From Eledone cirrhosa (lineage: Eukaryota), in NCBI GenBank assembly GCA_964016885.1, contig OZ024754.1:2108001-2172000 (forward strand): DNA of 64,000 nucleotides, in the 5' to 3' direction. This document shows positions 1-13,229 of this stretch, one piece after another; position 1 is the first letter of the stretch, and each line of letters begins with the position of its first letter. Under the pieces are notes generated by a model. That model had not been told where the DNA came from and did not search any database. It saw only the letters and a program-made list of their open reading frames with translations. Both the position numbers and the translations under genes were made by a program.

Positions 1-137
1 AGTGAATTTCCTTGTCACATATCGTGTTTCTACAGAAATGTAGAAGATGTATATTCACACACACACACACAAACAAACAAGCACACACAGTGTAATACAC
101 GCACATACACGTACACATACACACAAGCACACCCACA

Positions 138-239
<102 letters not shown>

Positions 240-254
240 CATACACACAGACAC

Positions 255-290
<36 letters not shown>

Positions 291-377
291 ATAATAATAA
301 ATTTGAAGACTAAAATCCAAAGATCCCGTTAAGGGTGAAAGCAGCGATTCTTTGCTTAAACTTTAATCTATTATTTA

Positions 378-444
<67 letters not shown>

Positions 445-892
445 CTTGTGTGTGTGTATGGGTGTACGTGCGTGCGCTTGTGTATATCTGTGTGCGTGTG
501 TGCCACTAACACAATCAATTAGCGTCACACACACACACACAAATTCACATCAATCCAATACTATCCTCCAACTGAAGCACATATTAACCCCAATAACCAG
601 ACGTAGAGATCACAAGATAAAATACAATTCAGACATTTCTTGATATTCCAAAACTCTTGGAGAACAACACCGAAGCTGCAGCAATTCCATATATGGAGGT
701 GACGGACTTCATGAAGATGTAAACATAGTATTACATTGTTTCTGGAATATTCTACAGCTTCTACTTCGCCGTCTCTTAATTGACATTGTACCCAGAAATA
801 TTCAATATGGCCACAGGAAATATGTGTGTGAGCATATGTAAATGTCTGTTTGATTGTCTGTTTTTCAGTCTATATGTATGTATCTATGTATG

Positions 893-922
<30 letters not shown>

Positions 923-923
<1 letters not shown>

Positions 924-1163
924 CAGCTCAGATCTATGCAGGTTTAGCTGGCCTCCTCCAAGGTATATATCGTTGGAGGTGTCTTGGGTGATTTAATGAT
1001 AGGGACCCCAGTCCTATCATCTCATTTCTACAGCTGAGTAAACTGGAACAACGTGAAATAAAGTGTCTTGCTCAAGGAAACAACACATCACGGAGTCCGA
1101 GAATTGAACTCACAACCTTTCGATTGCAAGGCCAATGCTCCAACCACTAAGCCATGCGCCTTC
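923..1163 (-). mobile_element. tRNA-derived SINE, family B
   Basis: Reverse complement begins GAAGGCGCATGGCTTAGTGGTTGGAGC (A-box) ... GAGTTCAATTC (B-box), then CCTTGAGCAAGACACTT core and a CA-repeat tail; colinear with the copy at 10004-10241. Confidence 0.88.
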
Positions 1164-1673
1164 ACATGCATGTATGTATGTATGTATGTATGTATGTATG
1201 TATGTATGTATGTATGTATGTATGATTGCAAAAATGTGTTGATATAGATGTCTGTGTAAGTGTTGTATGTATGAATGAATGTATGATTGCACATATATAT
1301 GTATATGATTGCTTATAGATGGACATTGTTGATTTGTAACATCATGTCAGGCTTCTGGAAGATTGTCAGGCTCTAACCACGTGGTTCAATAATTATTGCT
1401 CATGGGAATATATAGCAGACTAAAATATATCCGGAACCAGGCGCAGGTCCAGAGGAAGTTGACCATTCTGAGAGGGGGAACTGACTAAGCGAATTTCGTT
1501 GAAATCTACGGTAGCTAATGGTCAACTTCCTCTGGCCAGCGCCTGCGAAGACCGGTGGTGGTGAATTGGTACTCACAGGGGAACGGATGAAGAACCCAAC
1601 AGCACACACTTCGTCCGTTCCCATGTCGATTCAATTTGGATTGCCTCGGAAACATAACCTTATTATGTAACAA

Positions 1674-1747
1674 GCTGTCTGACGATGTCGCGACACTGGC
1701 ACACAGAACAGTGTGGACACTGTCGCCATTGAAATATATATCACAGC
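1674..1747 (+). ncRNA. Type-I hammerhead ribozyme motif
   Basis: Stem I GCTGT/ACAGC; CTGACGA 1679-1685; stem II GCGACA/TGTCGC with inner hairpin; GAAA 1731-1734; palindromic stem III ATATATAT; AUC cleavage triplet. Confidence 0.8.
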
Positions 1748-1793
1748 ATTATTATTAAAAGACTTGAACATCTGAAACTACTTCGCTTTTCCT

Positions 1794-1835
<42 letters not shown>

Positions 1836-1836
<1 letters not shown>

Positions 1837-2021
1837 AGTCGGGACCCTGACGGCTGAACTCTTGCCGAACAGCTAGTTTCAAACTGGATCTAGCTGTTTA
1901 AATAGCAAGAGCTCAGCCGTTGGTGTACCGACTCATTATAACAGAACCATACGCTACTACGCCAAGTATCCAGTACTCTGTCGAGTAATAGTCTAACCAG
2001 TTTCAAACTGAATCTATCCTG

Positions 2022-2022
<1 letters not shown>
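1836..2022. mobile_element. TA-embedded hairpin element, family C (diverged copy)
   Basis: GAGTCGG..GACGGCTGAACTCTTGC..CAGCTAG / CTAGCTG..GCAAGAGCTCAGCCGTT..CCGACTC inverted arms plus a degenerate AAGTATCCAGTACTCTG tail; flanked by (TA)n. Confidence 0.7.
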
Positions 2023-2074
<52 letters not shown>

Positions 2075-2105
2075 TTTTTGTGTGTGTATAAATATATAAA
2101 TATAT

Positions 2106-2221
<116 letters not shown>

Positions 2222-2479
2222 TTACAGGCATACTTACATAAGCACATAGGTACATACATATTTGCATACATACATGCATGCACGCATTCGTACAGGATAA
2301 GTGGGAGAGAAATTAGGTAGATAATGTGTTCAAACATGGTCGTTCTTTGCTGTCGAAAATATTAGCAATACATATACTCAATTAGCAAAAAGACACATTC
2401 GAAATATTTCTTTCTAATAAATGATTAGCAAGTGAAGAAATCAGATGACTATGGTCATTAAAACATAGCATTGCTAACA

Positions 2480-2990
2480 TTACTGTCGATGTTTATACGG
2501 GAATTTCGTCTCTAAATCCATCGCAGAAGCCATTATATTTACAGATCATAGTCTATGTATGGTATTAGCATAAATATTTAATCAGACTTGTAAATGTTAT
2601 TGTTAGTAATATGAGCATGTGATTGAAAGTGTTCTGAAACGAAACTTATTATATTCCGTATAGTAGGACATTCGAAATGTTTCCACATAAAAGCTAAAAA
2701 GCTTTTAGTCTGATCATATTCTATATTGATAAGGTATGTTTGATTTACTCTAGCTATATATGCTGCAGATGATGTGGTGTGTGATGAAACACCACACAAC
2801 ATTTTATTCTTTGGTTTTTGTTTTCCATGGTTTCCAACTCATTTTTACTTATACGAAATTTTCTTTCTACATTACTCCCGTCTCGCTTTCTTCACTCAGT
2901 GTATATGTCTGTATACTATATATGTGTTTGACAGATTTCCTTGCCATTTTTTGAACACGGTTCTTTCTATATCAATGTTCATATACATAC
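2480..2990 (-). pseudogene. Heavily decayed Penelope-like GIY-YIG endonuclease remnant
   Basis: Frameshifted minus-strand peptides in the expected order: PCSKNGKEICQTH, NVVWCFI..C, YIARVNQT, VSEHFQSHAH, WI*..RINID; resembles PC..C..C / NVVY.I.C..C..YIG.T / V..HF...H / WI......N. Confidence 0.4.
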
Positions 2991-3316
2991 ATAAATGTTC
3001 TTCCAAGTAAGAAGGCAGCTACCCACTTTCATTAATTATTTTTAACTGTTCACGGTGTCTCCGTTCAAGATTGTTGTTCTTTAAGTTATATGTATTTGAA
3101 TATTTCAATTAAAATATATATTCTCTTACTCTACCTTGAAATCTGTGACATCTTTTCTTCCTTTCATTTTTGTTTTCATCATCCACCATTATTTATTTAC
3201 ATATATGCATTTGCAATCATAAAGACAACATAGAAAATAGTGAATATATGAAAACACTTTCTTCCAATCACTCAGTGACTTGGATTTGGCGTTCGTTGAA
3301 CATTGATATAACAGAA

Positions 3317-3351
<35 letters not shown>

Positions 3352-3355
<4 letters not shown>

Positions 3356-3527
3356 AGTAGAGGTAGACCACGAAAAACATAGGCGGAGGTGGTGAGAGCA
3401 GACCTTAGATCGCTGAAGGGATGACGAAGGACTGTGACAAGTGGAGAGATGCTGTGCTGAATAGGACCCGTCCCACCTTTGCAAGCAGGGAAAAGTCGAC
3501 GTAAAATGATGATGATCATGATGATTA
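3352..3527 (+). mobile_element. 5'-truncated RTE-clade LINE 3' end
   Basis: SRGRPRKT*AEVVRADLRSL..MTKDCDKWRDAVL, then GACGTAAAA(TGA)n tail; RGRP..TW...V..D is typical of the RTE ORF C-terminus. Confidence 0.8.
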
Positions 3528-3540
3528 TATATATATATAT

Positions 3541-3575
<35 letters not shown>

Positions 3576-3709
3576 TTTACGTCCACTTTTGTATAGTATA
3601 TTTGGCAATATACCGTATGTTTAATTACAATGCTTTAGAAGACCATGCGCTATCGGTTTTAAAGTAGTCACTGTGTCACTTACTTATTTTCGGCGAAAGA
3701 AGGGAGAGT

Positions 3710-3751
3710 AGCTAACAGTCTGTTTCACGCTGGTTGGCGATCATCAGAGCC
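3710..3751 (-). ncRNA. Type-I hammerhead ribozyme motif
   Basis: Minus strand: GGCT CTGATGA T-CGC-caacca-GCG-T GAAAC-AGACT-GTT AGCT; stem I extends through GAGT/ACTC and ATTTTCGGCG/CGCCGAAAAT (3686-3777). Confidence 0.75.
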
Positions 3752-3887
3752 ACGCACTCGCTGCTTCCGCCGAAAATTATAGAAGCTGGATTCTTATAGA
3801 ATTCCATAATAGCGTATCGTCTTCTAAATGTTTTTAATTAAACATACGGTACATAGGCAAATATACTATACATACATTCACACACAC

Positions 3888-3984
<97 letters not shown>

Positions 3985-4009
3985 TAGAGAGAGGAGGGAG
4001 AAAGAGAGG

Positions 4010-4124
4010 AAAAGAGTCAGGCCCCGACGGCTAATTTCCGGCCGTTTCGACAGCTAGATCCGAAATAGTATCGAGTACTCTGGTGCGTTTTGGTCCACCT
4101 GGTATCTTACCACACTTTCTTTGT
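4010..4124. mobile_element. Family C element (short inverted arm plus tail)
   Basis: GGAAAAGAGTCAGGCCCCGACGGCT..CCGTTTCGACAGCTAG joined to GTATCGAGTACTCTGGTGCGTTTTGGTCCACCTGG tail, ending in (TA)n. Confidence 0.75.
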
Positions 4125-4130
4125 TATATA

Positions 4131-4194
<64 letters not shown>

Positions 4195-4231
4195 AAAAAA
4201 AAAAATATATATATATGTATATATATATATT

Positions 4232-4364
4232 CCATTGGTAATTCTCTAGATTTGCAATCTTTGGATTGGTGAAACCGTCGGTAACAGCATCAGAAGAGGT
4301 GATTATTTAAATCGTTTTTTAATTTATTTAAAGGATTGTTTGATAATTGCTTGCTCCGCTCATT

Positions 4365-4368
<4 letters not shown>
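4232..4368 (+). mobile_element. TA-flanked fragment with the 3' half of a hammerhead
   Basis: GAAAC-CGTCG-GTA at 4271-4283 (stem III ACCG/CGGT, GUA triplet); no upstream CUGANGA. Confidence 0.4.
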
Positions 4369-4445
<77 letters not shown>

Positions 4446-4472
4446 TATATATATATATATATGTATACATAT

Positions 4473-4593
4473 AACGAGGGAAGTGTGTTAAGGAACCAGA
4501 TGGACCATAACGCACCAGAGTACTCAAAACTTAGGGTAGTAGAGTGGGTAATATTCAAGAACCCGACGGCAGAGCTCAACCCGTTTCAACGGT
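4473..4593 (-). mobile_element. Family C element
   Basis: (TA)n-ACGAGGGAAGTGTGTTAAGGAACCAGATGGACCATAACGCACCAGAGTACTCAAAACTTAGGGTAGTAGAGTGGGTAAT..CCCGACGGCAGAGCTCAACCCGTTTC. Confidence 0.8.
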
Positions 4594-5026
4594 GAGCGTG
4601 CATGTGTAACATGTAACATATTTTTAATGAGGACCAATACGAAATCCACAATAGACTACGTAAATGGCGAACTAGAACTGGACTGCTTCAGCTTCAAATA
4701 TATATCGGCTGAAATTCCAATATAATTCACGTCATCTACAGTAGCAAAAGAAGAAAGCAGACGAGCGCATATCAGACAACAACATATCTATTATTTTACT
4801 AATCCCAGGCCTTCTCCTCCCACGTTAGAGAAGATTATTACTATAGTATAATGGGTTCTTGTCAATTTGGGGGAATATACTGCTTCACTCCATTATCATT
4901 TAACACTGTCATTTATTCTTGTACTAATGGGCTCCTTATTCATATGATTGTCGCGTTATAGGTACATTCATACATACGTACATACACACACACACATATA
5001 TATATATATATACATATATGTTTGTA

Positions 5027-5159
<133 letters not shown>

Positions 5160-5244
5160 GTGTGTATATATATCCATATAATGTATATGTATGTGTATAT
5201 ATATGTGTGTGTGTGTAGATACATAAGTATATATTTATACACAC

Positions 5245-5306
<62 letters not shown>

Positions 5307-5817
5307 ATATATATATATATATACACACATATAAATATACATACATACATATATATATTAATATAGGTATGTAACCACAGATTTATTTATTTATTTATAT
5401 TCTTGCTGCACTTTCAGCTAATGGAATACACGTGTTCTGATTAAAGTGGTTGAAATCAATATGCTAAAGCAGAACGTGTTTAGTTGGCGATAAATGAGAT
5501 TTCGCTGTTATAAATATGTGTATGTTCTTGCGTATATGTTTGCATGTGTGTGTGTCCGCAGGCGAGCCTGTGTGTGGCTATATCTTTCTTATTGCTTCCC
5601 CACCCTCACCGTGTGATCCATTTATAAATTTGTCTACAATTATAGAGCAGAAATTAGCGGAATATGCCACTTTCAAATTTAGGGAATGCTATTGTCTAGA
5701 TCGTTTCTTTTTTCTGAAGGTATTATAAGTTCTATATTTTATGAATACGATTAAACACAATGTAATGTTTATCTATGTATCTATCAATCTATTTCTCTCT
5801 CTCTCTCTCTTTCTCTT

Positions 5818-5882
<65 letters not shown>

Positions 5883-6134
5883 AAGAAATATGTTATGCGC
5901 AGGCTGGTGTATGCCACCTGCTATTTTGTTTTACGTGTCCTAATATTTTGGGACTAAAACACCTTCGTCAGATTTTTTAGATTTGAAACATGAAGAAAAT
6001 AACAGACGACACGCGAACATCTTTGTCAGTATATTTTTAATACGGAAACGAAGCTATCTGATATGACCAAACATTCTTCGGTCGCTTTCCTACTCACACG
6101 ATGTTTTAATTAAAATAGAGTGCTAATACGTTAA

Positions 6135-6216
<82 letters not shown>

Positions 6217-6570
6217 GCATGCACAATCATAGATGGTGTTACTTCTACATTCAGCTATGTTTTACCCGTCTATGTATCTATTGTTAATACATATTTGTTA
6301 TTCTATATATAAAAATCCACCTCACTTATTCCCCCTCTCATCAGGTTGTATATGATTTCTAACGCACTCACCACTCATTCAGGAATTTCCGATTGTGAAA
6401 CTGACAAAGAATGATTGTAGAACTCACGTGGAATAAATCGCACAAACCATTTATTCAACGCTTCAGTTAATCTGCAATTATCTCGCAGGACTGTTTTCAA
6501 TTTCGAAGACATATACGTACACATATATACATAGATTTACGTATGCAGATATACATAATTATTCAGGTAT

Positions 6571-6601
<31 letters not shown>

Positions 6602-6611
6602 CACACATACG

Positions 6612-6965
6612 ATGGTGGATGGTTTTCCGGTGTGGAGCGTGAAAAAAACACGGTTTAAGTAGGTATTCAATACATTAGTAGACATTATATAATTGTTTCA
6701 TAAACGATGTTTCGGTGGATTAAAAGAATGAAGAATGACATGGTCGACTGTACAAAAGGGTTTATTTACAGTATTAACAATTGTTTCATTAATCAGGTGA
6801 GTCTAAAAGTCGCTGATCGCTAAACGTTACGCCACTCGACCTTAATTACAGATCAAATCATCAGAATACTTCTTATTGAGTCAAACAACGCCGTATGTTA
6901 AGACTATTCACAACACAGAGTACTCACAACCTCTAACTGAATTACCTTAAACGAAACCTTGTTAT

Positions 6966-6968
<3 letters not shown>
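6612..6968 (-). mobile_element. Penelope-like 3' end fragment with hammerhead motif (6770-6870)
   Basis: Minus strand: AGTATT CTGATGA [70 nt, TTGATC/GATTAA stem] GAAAC-AATT-GTT AATACT; tail motif GGTATTCAATAC at 6662-6673; microsatellite on both sides. Confidence 0.68.
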
Positions 6969-7031
<63 letters not shown>

Positions 7032-7171
7032 TATATATATATAATATATATATACATATATATTTATTTATATATATATATACATAAAACTATAGAGAGA
7101 GACTCGTTTTATATTCTATAATTTAACATTACATTCTAATATTTATATTTAAGTTTGTAGATTTTGATTAC

Positions 7172-7355
7172 CCACATCCTTGAGGGACGATTAAAAGATA
7201 AAGTGGCCAAGGGACGGCAGAAAAGGAGATGGACAGATATCAAGTAATGGGCAGGAAGGAGGTTGGTGGAATGTAGGGCAATAGCAAGGGACAGGAAATA
7301 ATGGAGGGTGCTGGTCCATAAGTCGATGATACCTGACTCTCAGATATAAGGATGC
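7172..7355 (+). mobile_element. Decayed RTE-clade LINE 3' end
   Basis: HILEGRLKDKVAKGRQKRRWTD-IK*WAGRRLVECRAIARDRK*WRVLV matches the RTE C-terminal pattern I.EG...G.R.RGR....W.D.I..W........A.DR..WR. Confidence 0.75.
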
Positions 7356-8469
7356 TATTTTATTAATCTCTTTCCGTGGTTTACCAATTATCTGTTTGTA
7401 AATTTTCTTCTATTGTCTGTCCTATTTATCTTGATTTACCTCTCTTTTTTAATATGATATATTTTGGGTTGTTTTGCCTCCCCTTTCTCTCCTTTAATCT
7501 TAATCTATTTTCATTATTTATTTCGTCAACTTCTGTTTTTTTCTTCTTCTTATCTTGATTCCCTTAATTATTTAACATTAATTTACTATTATTTTCTCGC
7601 AATTTTCTGTTCTTTTTTCTTGTATTATATTTTTGTCTACACTCGCAAGAATATTAATGCTTCTTCACCTTTCGCGTCGTTCTTTTATCCATTCCTATAT
7701 TAGAGGGATGAGTAATGAGTCAGACGGTTGAACAGTCTACATCCATCTTATTTCTTGTCTGTTTATGTGAAACCTCTACTCAACAGTATTTTAGGCACAT
7801 TTGAATTTCGCTATAACATATGGCTCATTAAAATGCATACATACGTACATAAATACATATCTATACGACTCACTGAAACGTTTATTGCATATTGCACTAC
7901 GGTTTTTATATCCTTATCGAGCCCTCTTCGGATTTTAGTCTTCACATTTATTAACAATGACCCTCTGCTAATATAATATTCTGTAACATAATCAACGTAT
8001 TATCGAGTTATTTTCAAACCCGAAGTCTCATAATTACGAGGTAAAATATTTACTCGCACAACATTGTATGTGTATATACAATATATAAGATATATGATGT
8101 GAACTTTCCATTGTTAAACGAAAGCAAATTATTAAATTCTGATAATTTTATTTCTTCTGTTTCCGCACGTTAGTTTAAATAAGAATATCAAGAAAACCAT
8201 AATTACAATACACGCCACATATGAAGGAAATATCCTCATTATATTATATAACGGTATAATCATGCAATGTTTTGTGTCTTTTGTGTATAATCTTTAGTAA
8301 GGACTGAATAGCAGAATTAAAACGTCTTTTGTCTTCTCTCTGCAGTATATTAAAGGTTTTCAAGATTTTAAGTAAAGAGATAGTCACGTTTTTGTTGAAA
8401 CTATGAAATAAGATATGGAACAAATTCAGCATTCAATAATAATTACATGACGAAAAATAACAAGAATAA

Positions 8470-8472
8470 CAA

Positions 8473-8528
<56 letters not shown>

Positions 8529-8637
8529 GTACTACTACTACGACTACTTATAACATTAATAACAACAACAACAACAATGATAAACATTATAATACTAATA
8601 ATTACAACTACACTACAAATACATATACAACAACAGC

Positions 8638-8669
<32 letters not shown>

Positions 8670-8680
8670 CTGCAACATCA
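8470..8680. repeat. (ACT)n/(AAC)n microsatellite cluster
   Basis: Direct reading. Confidence 0.95.
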
Positions 8681-9049
8681 ACAATATTAACAAGGTAAAA
8701 AAAAACCACAACAATCGTATGAATAGTAAGAGAACAAACCAACTCATGACTTCGCCAAGACTCTCATAAGGAAGATGAATACAAATTAACAATATATTCT
8801 CAATAAAAAAAACAGTGACAAAATGTAGCTATAAATTAGCAAAACCTATGATAATAATATGAATAAACCATTAGATATAACATTAATTAAAAACCCAAAA
8901 AATAATGATGATAATTATAATAGTATTATTAATATAACAATGGGTTGTTTATTTTGGCATAAGAACAAGATATAACCAAGTGCTACAATACAATACCTCA
9001 TGTATTAAAATATAATACAATCGTGTTGAAATTGCGGTGTATGTATATG

Positions 9050-9520
<471 letters not shown>

Positions 9521-10003
9521 TGTGTGTGTGTATGTATGTATACAGACACACACATATATAATGTAAACAGAAATAACAAAAAATGGCAAAACAAACGGCA
9601 CAGTACAAGGAAGGAATATATTAGTTTAACGCTTGAAATACCAGGAAGAGTGTTTTAACGTTTCGGACTGATATAAGGGGGTGGAGAGTGATAGACGTTG
9701 AAATAAATAAAGAGAAAGTGACATTCGAACGAGTATTCTCCGACTCTAACTAATTTACCCACCGCCTCTGGAGAATGGAGAATACGTAGCCCCGGATGAG
9801 AACAAGAGAGATGCGCTGGAACAGTCACTCTCCCTCTCGTCGCTCAAACCCGTCCGCGGCCAACTTCACTTTAATAGTAGTAAGTAAGAATGTAGTCCGG
9901 GAGCCAACAATGCAGGAAGTCACCACGGCTACAGGCTGTTATAAGTATACTGGTGCATCGTAGCTAATTTCATATCTGTTAATAAGGATATATACACTCT
10001 TGT

Positions 10004-10241
10004 GAAGGCGCATGGCTTAGTGGTTAGAGCATTGGCCTTGCAATCGAAAGGATGTGAGTTCAATTCTTAGACTGGGTGGTGTGTTGTTTCCTTGAGCAAG
10101 ACACTTTATTTCACGTTGCTCCAGTTTACTCAGCTGTAAACATGAGATGATAGGACTGGGGTCCCTATCATTAAATCACCCAAAACACCTCCAACGAAAT
10201 ATACCTTGGAGGAGGCCAGCTAAACCTAGGTGTGAGCTGTC
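10004..10241 (+). mobile_element. tRNA-derived SINE, family B
   Basis: A-box TGGCTTAGTGG, B-box GAGTTCAATTC, CCTTGAGCAAGACACTT core, (CA)n tail; homologous to 923-1163. Confidence 0.88.
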
Positions 10242-11084
10242 ACACACACATACTAGCAAAGGTGCAATAAAAATAGTTACTTGTTTCGTTTCAATCAGCG
10301 TTATGCGTGTCTATCGTGATGTCAATGGGGTTTTATATAGTGAGAAAAGTACAGTAAAAACTCCAGTATTCCGTCTTTAAGAGTGCAAACATACTCGATC
10401 GAATTTGGGCCCTACACCCATAAGAATAAAGTCCTGTATACTAAATGATATGCCGTCTTTCTCTTATTGCCATGAGTAGAGTATTAGTTACATCCAGAAA
10501 CAAATAATATTCCACAATAAATGTTATGCACATTTAATCAACTTCTAATTTAATGAATGCAAATAAGAATGAGAAAAGTTTGAAATCAGAAGACTCAATT
10601 AATGTAGATAAACGTGAAAACAAAGTATGTTCAACTTTCTGTTGATTGTGTCACCCACTACAGTTAGAATAAGAATGCTTTGAAGCATAGCTGGAGGAAT
10701 TTTGTAAATTTAATGGTTATTTGTAATCATTCATGTCAAGTGCAATGTGCAATATGTAATTAACTTCATGGAAAATGCAGGATATAACCTCAGAACCTTC
10801 CTGGTTCTGCCATCCACCTTCAACTCACAAATATTAATAATGATAATACAAATAAGAATAATTGTATCATATTGTAGAAGAAGTCGAACAACAACAATGA
10901 GTAACGAATTGGCGCATTTGAAAAGCTGTTAATAATGTAAACTGCAAACATGATGCCTGAACAAAAGAAAATGTGTTTCGCATTCATATGTTAAGTAATA
11001 TAACCTAGTGATATATGTATTTTTCCCTTCCCTAAACTCTACTCTGTAAAATTCTATTCATTGCTAATAGCTCACCCCCACCTA

Positions 11085-11143
<59 letters not shown>

Positions 11144-11167
11144 ACAGTAACGCAAACATATACACGC

Positions 11168-11215
<48 letters not shown>

Positions 11216-11217
11216 CT

Positions 11218-11252
<35 letters not shown>

Positions 11253-11511
11253 CTCTGCGTACAAATTTACGTGTGTGTGCTTGCAGATATATATTCGTAT
11301 GCCTATGTTTGTATCTATGTAAGTACGTATGTATGTATAGTAGACAAAGTAAAATTCTTTATTGCCATTTGTAAATTATTTCAATTGATTCTCTAATGTT
11401 ACGGCTACTCATAGATAAAAACCAATACATCGAAGACGCAGAGGAAATGATATATAATGAAGGCAATGAAAGAAAGTGAAAAACATATATGAATATTGAA
11501 TATACACATAT

Positions 11512-11559
<48 letters not shown>

Positions 11560-11570
11560 CATATATATAC

Positions 11571-11603
<33 letters not shown>

Positions 11604-11693
11604 CATATATATAAATGTATATATATACATGTATATATATATATGTATATATATATATGTACATATATATATATGTATATATATATATATATG

Positions 11694-11796
<103 letters not shown>

Positions 11797-12528
11797 CCTA
11801 TCAAAATGTTTTGTTAAAATAAATCTATATGCTAAGAAAAATTAAATAAGAAAAAAATTAATAGAAATACTTCATAAATAAAAGCATTTTAAAAATATTA
11901 TTTTAAAAAACTATCCGACAATGAATAATAAATGCCTGAATGCCTCAATAGGAAAAATTGTTCTCTCTGTAAACTAAAAGGTTAATGTGTATATATATAT
12001 AGATATATATATACTATATACATATATATAAGTGTACATCTATATATATCTATCTAAATATATATATATATATATATATATAAATATATATGTATGTATA
12101 TACATATATATATATATATATAAGATTTTTGATGAGAATGAATTTACTACTCATGCGTAATGGTAGGATAATAAATTTTCGTAATGTTAAGTAAAGCTTT
12201 TAACAGACATTGTTCCATGCTATTTTCACGATTTTAATGATGTAAACGTGTATGTATCTGTGATATATTTATAATATATGTGATACGCTATAAGTACGTA
12301 TGCGTGTTTCTATTTGGGGATGCGTTTTGTTTTTATGTGTATATGGTTTTATATATACATGGATATACGCAAAAAAATAATTAAATAGGAATATAAGGTA
12401 TACCCAAATGTGAAGATTTATATATATATGTTTTGTTTTCTATTGTATTATCATGTACAAGTAAAAGCATATATACTTTTCTGCATATGATAGAAGCATT
12501 CAATTACGCACACACACTCTGGCACTCC

Positions 12529-12559
<31 letters not shown>

Positions 12560-12568
<9 letters not shown>

Positions 12569-12965
12569 TAAACAAATAATGAATAAACAATTCCTTATAT
12601 TAAACAAAAAAAGTTCATTATTTAACGATCGTTTCTAGGGTATATATGTGTTATAATTGGTATGCATATTCAACAGATCTATGTACAAAATTATACAAAA
12701 TTATACAAATTATCAAGATTAAATATACATACCTAACACATATATACGCCGTCTTCAGAAATATTTCTGAAGACGGCGTATATATGTGTTAGGTATGTAT
12801 ATTTAATCTTGATAATTTGTATAATTTTGTATAATTTTGTACATAGATCTGTTGAATATGCATACCAATTATAACACATATATACCCTAGAAACGATCGT
12901 TAAATAATGAACTTTTTTTGTTTAATATAAGGAATTGTTTATTCATTATTTGTTTAATATTTTAT
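12560..12965. repeat. Spacer-less 406-bp palindrome (Penelope-like fold-back insertion)
   Basis: Centre CAGAAAT|ATTTCTG at 12762/12763; arms complementary by eye out to 12560/12965; sense arm continues to (TA)n at about 13100. Confidence 0.93.
12762..12906 (+). ncRNA. Hammerhead motif with long stem II (mirrored on the minus strand in the left arm)
   Basis: TATTT CTGAAGA(12767-12773) ..GTATATATGTGTT/AACACATATATAC.. GAAAC-GATC-GTT(12890-12901) AAATA; base of stem II is imperfect. Confidence 0.65.
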
Positions 12966-13096
12966 CTTGACTCTGTATACCGTTTATCTTTCACCGAAAG
13001 TGGTTTTTCATTACATCTCTTCTTTCCATGATATCCGGAATACATTGAGTTCTTCATACGGATTGGACACTACCGTAAACTCTTGGTAGATTTATC

Positions 13097-13134
<38 letters not shown>

Positions 13135-13229
13135 TATAGCATTGTGAGTGCGTGTGTATATGAGATGTGTGCTAAACCATACTCGACTTTGTTAATGTAG
13201 TCTCAATTTCAATAAAAATAATTTAGGAA

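Noticed and set aside
9640-9670. GAAACGTT / GAAACGTA minimal stem III motifs (here and at about 61357-61369)
   Set aside because: No CUGANGA or stem I partner found; could be PLE ends but unsupported.
10004-10080. tRNA gene
   Set aside because: A/B boxes belong to a SINE head that continues into core and tail domains; no intact cloverleaf.
10720-10790. Cys-rich peptide CNHSCQVQCAICN as a PLE or zinc-finger remnant
   Set aside because: Too short, bounded by stops, no supporting motifs identified.
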